A stretch of 64,000 bases of DNA from positions 15,278-79,277 of the forward strand of contig BTVV01000017.1 in the NCBI GenBank assembly GCA_045863855.1, in the 5' to 3' direction. The stretch is from Planctomycetota bacterium. GTDB lineage: Bacteria; Planctomycetota; SZUA-567; H5-PLA8. Below are positions 48,819 to 56,315 of this stretch, in pieces (the first letter of the stretch is position 1; each line of letters opens with the position of its first letter). The notes under the pieces were generated by a model. It did not search any database, was not told where the DNA came from, and was given only the letters and a program-made list of their open reading frames with translations. The position numbers were made by a program, and so were the translations under genes.

Positions 48819-49817
48819 ATGCTTCGATGGTTGCTGGTACTTTCAATTCTCATTCCTGCTCAGATATCGAAGGCCAGTGAGCCGGTGAGTGTGCGAGTCG
48901 GGGGCAAAGCCATACGCGGCGAATTAATTCGCGTAAGCGACAAAGAAATCGTGATGAAAGTCGGTGGTCGTGAGCAAACCTTCCCAGTCATGATGGTCGA
49001 GTCTCGCGACTACGTGGCTTGCGCCAAAAGCGTGCTGGATCCCAAGAACGCGGAAGCGCACCACAAGCTGGGGCTCTGGTGCCGTGAGAAAGGCTTGAAG
49101 GAAGAAGCCGCCGACTTGCTGGCGCACGCCGCGCGGCTGGATCCTTCGCGCTTCGGAGAGGCCCCAACCACGTCGACCGCGCTGGCCCCTTCCAGGAAGA
49201 AGGCGACGGCTGACGAGTTGATCAAGGCTTTGGGCCACGAAAACGGTGAGACGCGCGATGCCGCCGCCGAAGCCCTGCGCCAGATGGGCGAGGCCGCACT
49301 GCCGGCGCTGAAGGCGGCTCAAACGCAGACCGAAGATCTGGAAGTCAAGACGCGTACGACCGCGCTGATCAAGGAATTAACCGTCGGACAGGCGTTGGCC
49401 AAACTCGCGCCGGCGGACCGCGCCATCGTGGAGCTTCCGTTCGGCGAAGACGCTAAGTTCGATGGGATGAACCTGTCTTTCCTGGCGCGCGGGCATGGCT
49501 CGTGCACCGTGATCGACATGGGTCCATTCCGGATCGCGATTCGCGAGCAGCCGTACAATGGGCAGTCTTCGGGGCATTTGACGATCGGCGGCGGCGGCCG
49601 CAGTTCGTCGCAAGCCGGGAGTTTAAAGGTGGAAGGCGGCGACGGAAAAGCGAGCGCGTCGTTCCGCGGCATAGCCTTCAAGGTCGATTCGACCGGCTTG
49701 CATGTGGACGGGCGCGACATTCCGCACGACCAAGGCCGCCAGGTTATCTTCTTGTCAGGTAAGGGCGCTTTCGAAGTCGCCGTGCCGCTGGACAAGGCGC
49801 CGGCCCCTGAGAAATAG
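48819..49817 (+). CDS. Secreted hypothetical protein with TPR/HEAT-like helices
   Basis: Signal peptide; AHHKLGLWCREKGL; LIKALG..TRDAAAEALRQMGEAALPAL. Confidence 0.75.
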   Translation: MLRWLLVLSILIPAQISKASEPVSVRVGGKAIRGELIRVSDKEIVMKVGGREQTFPVMMVESRDYVACAKSVLDPKNAEAHHKLGLWCREKGLKEEAADLLAHAARLDPSRFGEAPTTSTALAPSRKKATADELIKALGHENGETRDAAAEALRQMGEAALPALKAAQTQTEDLEVKTRTTALIKELTVGQALAKLAPADRAIVELPFGEDAKFDGMNLSFLARGHGSCTVIDMGPFRIAIREQPYNGQSSGHLTIGGGGRSSSQAGSLKVEGGDGKASASFRGIAFKVDSTGLHVDGRDIPHDQGRQVIFLSGKGAFEVAVPLDKAPAPEK

Positions 49818-49836
49818 CGCGCGAGTCGGAATCCAT

Positions 49837-49866
49837 TTGACGCGCGCACCCGTGCGCGGGTATGTT
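49837..49866 (+). promoter_or_regulatory. Candidate sigma70 promoter for the SAM riboswitch operon
   Basis: TTGACG-N18-TATGTT, about 25 nt upstream of P1. Confidence 0.55.
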
Positions 49867-49891
49867 GCTGCCTACAACTGAATATCGGTCC

Positions 49892-50058
49892 GCTTATCGA
49901 GAGTGGCTGAGGGACAGGCCCTTTGAAGCCACAGCATCCCGGGACCGAACGACGGACGGCTGATACGCCCCTGTCGCTCCCCTTGGGTGCTAACTCCTGC
50001 GATGCCAAGCGGCCGTACCGGTAATGACCGGAACGGCCGTAAGGATCGAGAGATAAGC
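49892..50058 (+). ncRNA. SAM-I (S-box) riboswitch aptamer with extended P3 and P4
   Basis: P1 GCTTATC/GATAAGC; GAGAG J1/2; kink-turn P2 GTGGCTGAGGGACAGGCCC..TGAAGCCAC; P3 AGCATCC..GGTGCT; J3/4 AACTCCTG pairs with loop CAGG. Confidence 0.92.
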
Positions 50059-50115
50059 AGGTGCCGCGAGCCATAGGCCGGATTTGTCGTCCCGGCCGTA
50101 GAGCCCCTCGCATGC

Positions 50116-50162
50116 GCCTCTCCTCTCGTCGCACGGACCGCGGCCGGAGAGGTTTTTTGTTG
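50116..50162 (+). terminator. Intrinsic terminator of the riboswitch expression platform
   Basis: GCCTCTCC...GGAGAGGT followed by TTTTTGTT; its 5' strand CCTCTC can alternatively pair with GAGAG next to the P1 3' strand. Confidence 0.7.
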
Positions 50163-50259
50163 CCTCCCCGAAACCGTGGCCGTCGATTTCGCTCCGCGTT
50201 CTCGCGGGCGGACCCTGTGTGTTCGAACCACCAGGCTGTCGGATGAGGGAGGACGATTC

Positions 50260-51543
50260 ATGCCCGCGAAGTTCATCAAGAGCCTCAAGTGCCGCGAGTG
50301 CGGCCGCCAGTACGACCTGAAGCCCGTGCACATCTGCGAGTACGACTTCGGACCGCTGGAAGTCGACTACGATTACGACGCGATCAAGAGCGTGCTGTCG
50401 CGCGAGGTGATCGAGTCGCGCCCGAAGAACATGTGGCGCTATGCCGAATTCCTCCCGCTGGCGCAGGATCCGTCCGTCGGCAAGAACACCGGCTACACCC
50501 CATTGATCCGCGCCGAACGGCTGGGCAAGGAGCTGGGGCTCAAGAATCTCTGGGTCAAAAACGACGCGGTCAATTACCCCACGCTCTCGTTCAAGGACCG
50601 CGTGGTCAGCGTGGCGCTCTCGAAGGCCAAGGAGTTCGGCTTCGACACGGTCGCGTGCGCGACCACGGGGAACCTGGGCAATTCGGTGGCCGCGCAGTCG
50701 ATCCGCGCCGGCCTCGAATGCTACATCTTCATGCCCGCGAATCTCGAACAGGGCAAGGTGGTCGGGACGAGCATTTACGGCGTCCATGTCGTCGGCATCA
50801 GCGGGAATTACGACGGCGTCAACCGGCTCTGCAGCGAGATCGGAAACAAGTTCGGCTGGGCCTTCGCGAACATCAACATGCGCCCGTATTACGCCGAAGG
50901 GTCGAAGACCTTCGGGATGGAAATTTGCGAGCAACTGGGCTGGAAGGCGCCCGACCACGTGATCGTGCCGATGGCCGGCGGCAGCTTGATCTGCAAGATC
51001 CGCAAAGCCGTCGACGAGATGTACAAGACGGGGCTGATCTCGAGCAACCACACCAAAGTTTACGGCGCGCAGGCCGCCGGCTGTTCGCCCATCAGCACCG
51101 CGGTCAAGAAGGGCTGGGAACTCTTCAAGCCCGTCAAGCCCGAGACGATCGCGCGCTCCATCGCCATCGGCAATCCCGCCGACGGCTTCTACGCGATCAA
51201 AAATATCCGCGACAGCGGCGGACACGCGGAAGACGTCACCGACGAAGAACTCGTCGAAGGCATCAAGCTGCTCGCGCGGACCGAAGGCATCTTTACCGAG
51301 ACGGCCGGCGGCGTGACCGTGGCGGTGACGAAGAAGCTCGTCGAACAGGGCCGGATTCCCGCCGACGATTGCGTCGTCATCAGCGTGACGGGGAACGGGT
51401 TGAAGACGCTCGAAGCCGTGACCAACGCCGTGCCCCGCCCGGACATTATCGAGGCGAAGCTGGCGGACTTCGAAGTGCTCGTCGAGAAGATCAAGACGCG
51501 CGGTAAGCACCCGGCGGCTCCGGTGGCGGCAGGCGGAAATTAA
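50260..51543 (+). CDS. Threonine-synthase-like PLP enzyme (probably a sulfur-incorporating paralogue)
   Basis: N-terminal CRECG..C zinc ribbon, GYTPL, PTLSFKDR (PLP Lys), TTGNL, RPYYAEGSKT, IARSIAIGNPADG, EGIFTETAGG, TGNGLK; GGAGG RBS. Confidence 0.9.
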   Translation: MPAKFIKSLKCRECGRQYDLKPVHICEYDFGPLEVDYDYDAIKSVLSREVIESRPKNMWRYAEFLPLAQDPSVGKNTGYTPLIRAERLGKELGLKNLWVKNDAVNYPTLSFKDRVVSVALSKAKEFGFDTVACATTGNLGNSVAAQSIRAGLECYIFMPANLEQGKVVGTSIYGVHVVGISGNYDGVNRLCSEIGNKFGWAFANINMRPYYAEGSKTFGMEICEQLGWKAPDHVIVPMAGGSLICKIRKAVDEMYKTGLISSNHTKVYGAQAAGCSPISTAVKKGWELFKPVKPETIARSIAIGNPADGFYAIKNIRDSGGHAEDVTDEELVEGIKLLARTEGIFTETAGGVTVAVTKKLVEQGRIPADDCVVISVTGNGLKTLEAVTNAVPRPDIIEAKLADFEVLVEKIKTRGKHPAAPVAAGGN

Positions 51544-51602
51544 CGCCGGTCGTCGGTGAACGGTAAACAGAGAACGGTAACGAATAATCAAAGGAACTAC
51601 AC

Positions 51603-52166
51603 ATGGCGATTAAGGTTCGAATTCCCGAAGCCCTGCGCACACTCACGGCGGGCGCGGACTTGGTGCAGGTCCAGGCCGCGACGGTGCAGGAGATGCTCGA
51701 CGCACTGGAAGCGCAGCATAAGGGCTTCAAAGAACGCATTTTGGACGAGAAGGGCCAGGTGCGGCGCTTCGTTAATATCTTCGTCAACGAAGAGGACATT
51801 CGCTTTCAGGATAACCTCACCACGGCGCTGCCCGACGGGACGGAAGTCTCGATCCTGCCCGCCGTCGCCGGCGGCGCGGCCAAGGCCAAGAAAGTTCCCG
51901 TCGCCGCGAAGCTGCCCGACGGGACCAAGGTTGTGCGCGTGTACCTTACGTTCGACGAGAAGACCACGGTGCGGCCGATGATCTACGAACTGATCAAGAA
52001 GTTCGACGTGGTGCCGAACATCCGCACCGCCTCGTGCCAGGAAAACATGGCGATCATGAGCCTCTCGCTGTCGGGCCCCGAAGACGCTCTGGACCGTTCG
52101 ATCCAGTGGTTGCGCAAAGAAGGTGTGCGGGTGGACCCGGTGGAAATGAATGTGGTGGAGCCGTGA
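51603..52166 (+). CDS. ThiS/MoaD/CysO-like sulfur carrier fused to a C-terminal NIL domain
   Basis: Residues 1-91 VRIP..LR..T....RRFVNIFVNEEDIRF....T.L.DG.EVSILPAVAGG; residues about 108-187 V.LTF......PMIYELIKKFDVVPNIRTA......M.L.LSG....LDRSIQWLRKEGVRVDPVE. Confidence 0.88.
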   Translation: MAIKVRIPEALRTLTAGADLVQVQAATVQEMLDALEAQHKGFKERILDEKGQVRRFVNIFVNEEDIRFQDNLTTALPDGTEVSILPAVAGGAAKAKKVPVAAKLPDGTKVVRVYLTFDEKTTVRPMIYELIKKFDVVPNIRTASCQENMAIMSLSLSGPEDALDRSIQWLRKEGVRVDPVEMNVVEP

Positions 52167-52278
52167 GCCGGAAGCGTGATGCGTAATCCGTGAAATCGGC
52201 AAAGCGCGAGACCATTCAGGTTGCGTTTCACGCCATACGATTCAGAGACCGTGGCCGCCAGGAAGAACGAGACTCCCC

Positions 52279-53328
52279 ATGTCACTCGAACGCTATAACC
52301 GCCAAGTCCTGCTTCCGTTCATCGGGGAAGAAGGGCAGCAACGGATCCTCGATTCCACGGCCGTCGTGATCGGCTGCGGCGCGCTGGGTACGGTCATTGC
52401 CAACGTCCTGGCCCGGGCGGGGGTGGGGCACCTCAAGATCATCGACCGGGATTTTGTGGAGGAGAGCAACCTGCAGCGCCAGGTGCTTTTCGACGAAGCC
52501 GATTGCCGCGAGAACTTGCCCAAGGCCGTCGCCGCCGAGCGCAAGGCGAAGCAGATCAACTCCTCGATCAAAATCGAAGGCATCGTCAGCGACGTGAACC
52601 CGACGAATATCGAAGAGTTCATCAAAGGTGCGACGGTGGTGGTGGACGGCGCGGACAATTTCGAGACGCGCTTTGTCCTCAACGATGCTTGCGTGAAGCA
52701 CGGGATTCCGTGGATTTACGGCGCGGCGGTGGGGTCGGTCGGTCTCAGCATGACCGTGATTCCCGGCAAGACGCCGTGCTTGCGCTGCATCTTCGAGACC
52801 GCGCCGCCGCCGGGCATGACGCCCACGTGCGACACCGCCGGCGTGCTGGGTTCGGTCACGGGCCTGATCGGGAATTACGAAGCCGCCGAGGCGATCAAGA
52901 TCTGCGCCGGGCGGATGGACAACCTCAATACGAAGCTGTTCCAGATCGACCTCTGGACCGGCGAGCAGCACGCCTTCAAGATCGCCCGGGCGCGCGAAGT
53001 CGCGGACTGCCCGTGCTGCAAGCGCCGCCACTTCGAGTTCCTCGAAGGGCAGGGCGCGAGCAACACCACGAGCCTGTGCGGGCGCAACGCGGTGCAGATC
53101 AATCCGCGCGGCGGCGTGAAGGTGAACCTCGACGAACTCGCCGGGCAGCTCCGCGCTTCCAGCGACGTGAAGAACCTGACCGCGAACAAGTTTCTGCTCA
53201 AATTCAACGCGCCCGGAGGCGACGAAGGGCTCGAGATCACCGTCTTCCCCGACGCCCGCGCCATCGTTAAAGGAACCAAGCAGGTTCCCGTGGCGAGGAC
53301 GGCGTACGCGAAGTACATCGGCGCTTGA
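52279..53328 (+). CDS. ThiF/MoeB family adenylyltransferase (E1-like)
   Basis: RYNRQ, IGCGALG, DRDFVEESNLQRQ, DNFETR, CLRC, TCDTAGV, CPCC. Confidence 0.94.
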   Translation: MSLERYNRQVLLPFIGEEGQQRILDSTAVVIGCGALGTVIANVLARAGVGHLKIIDRDFVEESNLQRQVLFDEADCRENLPKAVAAERKAKQINSSIKIEGIVSDVNPTNIEEFIKGATVVVDGADNFETRFVLNDACVKHGIPWIYGAAVGSVGLSMTVIPGKTPCLRCIFETAPPPGMTPTCDTAGVLGSVTGLIGNYEAAEAIKICAGRMDNLNTKLFQIDLWTGEQHAFKIARAREVADCPCCKRRHFEFLEGQGASNTTSLCGRNAVQINPRGGVKVNLDELAGQLRASSDVKNLTANKFLLKFNAPGGDEGLEITVFPDARAIVKGTKQVPVARTAYAKYIGA

Positions 53329-53408
53329 GCTAAAAGAATCGGCCGCGCCGGATGCCGGATGGGCGGCTGTTGCCGAGTACGCCTTACGCTTTGCCTTCGA
53401 GGTCCACC

Positions 53409-54572
53409 ATGATTTACTTCGACAACGCCGCGACCAGTTTCCCCAAGCCGCCCGAAGTCTTCGCGGCGATGCGGCAGTGCGCCGACGAAGCCGGCGGCAA
53501 TCCCGGACGCAGCGGACATCGCATGGCCACGGGCGCCGAAGCGCTGCTCGACGAGGCGCGCAATGCGCTGGGTAAATTCTTCGGCGTGAAGGACCCGCAC
53601 CGCGTCGTCTTCACGCTCAATTGCACCGATGCGCTGAACATGGCGATGAAAGGCTTTCTCGACGCGCAGGCCGGCGCGCATGTCGTCAGCAGCATGGGCG
53701 AACACAACAGCGTCAACCGCCCGCTGCAGCACGCGCACGACAGCAAACGACTGGAACTGCACCGCGTCAGGCTCGACGAGGCCGGAAGCTGGACGGTCGA
53801 TGAGGTATTGGACGCGGTCACGCCCAAGACGAAGCTGGTGGCGCTGACGCATTGCAGCAACGTGATCGGCACGGTCACGCCGGTGGCCGAACTGGGTCGC
53901 GCGCTGCGCGCGAAGCATCCCCATGTCCGTTACCTGGTCGATGCCGCGCAGACCGCCGGGATCGTGCCACTGGATTTGGAGGCCGCGTGCATCGACTTCC
54001 TGGCCTTCCCCGGGCATAAGGCGCTCTTTGGGCCCCCCGGCACCGGCGCGCTGCTGCTGGGCGAGCGCGTGACGCCGCAGGATCTGCATGCGTGGCGCGA
54101 GGGCGGCACCGGCGGCGACAGCCGTTCGCCGCACCAGCCGGAGCAGTTCCCTTATTACCTGGAAGGCGGGACGCCCAATACCTACGGCATAGCGGGACTG
54201 CTGGCGGGTTTGCGCGTGGTCCAGAAAGCCGGCCCCGGGAAGATTCTCGCGCACGAACAGGCGCTGCAGGCGCGGCTGATCGAGAAGCTCAGCGCCGACG
54301 AACGCTTTACGGTCTTCGGGACGCGCGACGCGAAGCGCAAGGCCGGCGTACTCTCGATCGCGATCCGCGAACGCGATGCCGCGGAGACCGCGACGATCCT
54401 CGACAGCGCTTTCGAGATCTGCGTCCGTCCGGGGTTGCACTGCGCGCCGTATACGCACGAGGCGCTGGGCACCTTCGCGCAAGGCGGGACGATCCGGCTC
54501 TCGCCTGGATTCTTCAATACGCTCGACGAATGCGACCGGGTGGTCTCCGCGCTTCAAGAGATCGCTTCGTAA
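53409..54572 (+). CDS. Cysteine desulfurase (class V aminotransferase)
   Basis: IYFDNAATSFPKP, EHNSV, DAAQTAG, PGHK, EGGTPN, RPGLHCAP (persulfide Cys). Confidence 0.92.
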   Translation: MIYFDNAATSFPKPPEVFAAMRQCADEAGGNPGRSGHRMATGAEALLDEARNALGKFFGVKDPHRVVFTLNCTDALNMAMKGFLDAQAGAHVVSSMGEHNSVNRPLQHAHDSKRLELHRVRLDEAGSWTVDEVLDAVTPKTKLVALTHCSNVIGTVTPVAELGRALRAKHPHVRYLVDAAQTAGIVPLDLEAACIDFLAFPGHKALFGPPGTGALLLGERVTPQDLHAWREGGTGGDSRSPHQPEQFPYYLEGGTPNTYGIAGLLAGLRVVQKAGPGKILAHEQALQARLIEKLSADERFTVFGTRDAKRKAGVLSIAIRERDAAETATILDSAFEICVRPGLHCAPYTHEALGTFAQGGTIRLSPGFFNTLDECDRVVSALQEIAS

Positions 54573-54649
54573 CGGTCACGCGTATCGATCCTGTCGAGCC
54601 GGTATCGCGGGCGATTGGCCCGCAGGTTCACGAGGCGGTTCGTCTTTCC

Positions 54650-54892
54650 ATGTCCGACGAGAAACCCGCCGCACCCTCCGCCGATCCCGGATATTCAGGC
54701 TGCATCGGGATGCTGCTCTCGCTCACCTTCCTCGCCATGGTCTGGATGGCCGTCTGCCTGGTCCTCTTTGCGTACGTGAGCCAGGAAGCGGCGGCGGCGG
54801 CATTTTTCGTGCCCCCCGTCGGCCTGATGCTGTGGGCGATGTTCACCAAGCCTTCGGGTGGCGGCGACGGCCCTGCCAAGCCTCCCAAGTGA
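54650..54892 (+). CDS. Small two-TM membrane protein
   Basis: MSDEKPAAPS...GCIGMLLSLTFLAMVW...; hydrophobic hairpin. Confidence 0.6.
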   Translation: MSDEKPAAPSADPGYSGCIGMLLSLTFLAMVWMAVCLVLFAYVSQEAAAAAFFVPPVGLMLWAMFTKPSGGGDGPAKPPK

Positions 54893-55054
54893 TTCTCTAA
54901 CTTTAAGCTACGCAACGTATTGAAGAAATTTTCGGGCGCGAGTATCCTCTTTTTCGCGAGCCGTTAGGATGCATTCGCTTCGTACCGATACCGAGAACGA
55001 GTGACCCGGCGCGATCGCGTCGGCGCGCATGAATTAAGGAAGCTGCTCCCGATC

Positions 55055-56203
55055 ATGAAAGCGCTCTGCATACTGGGCAGTACCGGCTCGATCGGCGTCA
55101 GCACGCTGGACGTGGTGCGGCGCTTCCCCGACCGCTTCCGCGTGCGCAGCCTGGTGGCGCATCGCAACGTCGAGAAGCTGGTCGAGCAGGTCCGCGAGTT
55201 TCAGCCCGCGCGGGTGGGGCTGGTGGACGACGCCAAGCTGCCCGAACTAAAGGCCGCGCTGAAAGGGTATAAAGGCGAGATTCTGGGCGGCGCGCAGTCG
55301 GCCATCGCGCTGGCCGAGGAACCCGAAAGCGGCTACGTCGTCTCGGCAATCGTGGGCGCGGCGGGCCTCTTACCGACGCTCGCGGCATTGAAGAAGGGCA
55401 AGGAAGTCGGGATCGCCAACAAAGAGCCGCTGGTGATGTGCGGGCCGTTGATGCGCAAGGCCGCCGACGAGTTTGGGGCGACGATTCTGCCCATCGACAG
55501 CGAGCATTGCGCGGTTTTTCAGTCGGCGCGCGCAGGCGCGGCCAAAGAGTTGCGCAAAATCGTCCTCACCGCCAGCGGCGGGCCGTTCCGAAAGACACCG
55601 GCCGAAAAACTTAAGACCGCCACCAAGGCCGATGCGCTTAAGCATCCCACTTGGAACATGGGCGCGAAGATCACCATCGACAGCGCCACGCTGATGAACA
55701 AGGCGCTGGAGATCATCGAGGCGCATTTCCTGTTCGATCTGCCCTACGAGGGGATTCACGTCTGGGTGCACCCGCAGTCCATCGTCCACGCGCTGGTGGA
55801 ATTCACCGACGGGTCGGTCGTCGCGCAGTTGGGCCTGCCGGATATGCGCCTGCCGATTCAGTACGCGCTGACCTATCCCGAGCGGCTCGACGGCGGCCTG
55901 CCGATCCTGCCCATCGAACGGATGAAGGAACTGACCTTCGAGGAACCCGATCACGAGCGCTTCCCGTCGCTGCAGTTTGCGTATCGCGCGGGGAAGGCGG
56001 GCGGGACGGCCCCGGCGGTACTGAACGCGGCCAACGAGGAAGCGGTGAGCCTCTTCCTGCAAGAGAAGGTTCCGTTCGTGCGGATCTTCGATTTGGTCCG
56101 TGAAGCGCTGGATAAGCACAGCGTCCAACCGATGGACACGCTGGAGACGGTGCTCGCCGCCGACCGTTGGGCGCGCGACTTCGTGCGGCATCAGGTAGAG
56201 TGA
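55055..56203 (+). CDS. dxr: 1-deoxy-D-xylulose-5-phosphate reductoisomerase
   Basis: LGSTGSIG, ANKE, PIDSEH, TASGGPF, HPTWNMGAKITIDSATLMNK, NAANE. Confidence 0.97.
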   Translation: MKALCILGSTGSIGVSTLDVVRRFPDRFRVRSLVAHRNVEKLVEQVREFQPARVGLVDDAKLPELKAALKGYKGEILGGAQSAIALAEEPESGYVVSAIVGAAGLLPTLAALKKGKEVGIANKEPLVMCGPLMRKAADEFGATILPIDSEHCAVFQSARAGAAKELRKIVLTASGGPFRKTPAEKLKTATKADALKHPTWNMGAKITIDSATLMNKALEIIEAHFLFDLPYEGIHVWVHPQSIVHALVEFTDGSVVAQLGLPDMRLPIQYALTYPERLDGGLPILPIERMKELTFEEPDHERFPSLQFAYRAGKAGGTAPAVLNAANEEAVSLFLQEKVPFVRIFDLVREALDKHSVQPMDTLETVLAADRWARDFVRHQVE

Positions 56204-56315
56204 ACGGATTGGGCGCCGCAACGCGCTCGTTTCATGCACAAGAGCAGCCCGCGCTTGGCGGCGGGCGCTTTTACGGATAAACCGCTACCCGCTTAGATTG
56301 GGTCTGGGAGAAGGT

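Noticed and set aside
50260..51543. Assigning the gene symbol thrC
   Set aside because: The fold fits, but the SAM riboswitch and sulfur-carrier context argue for a different reaction; left unnamed
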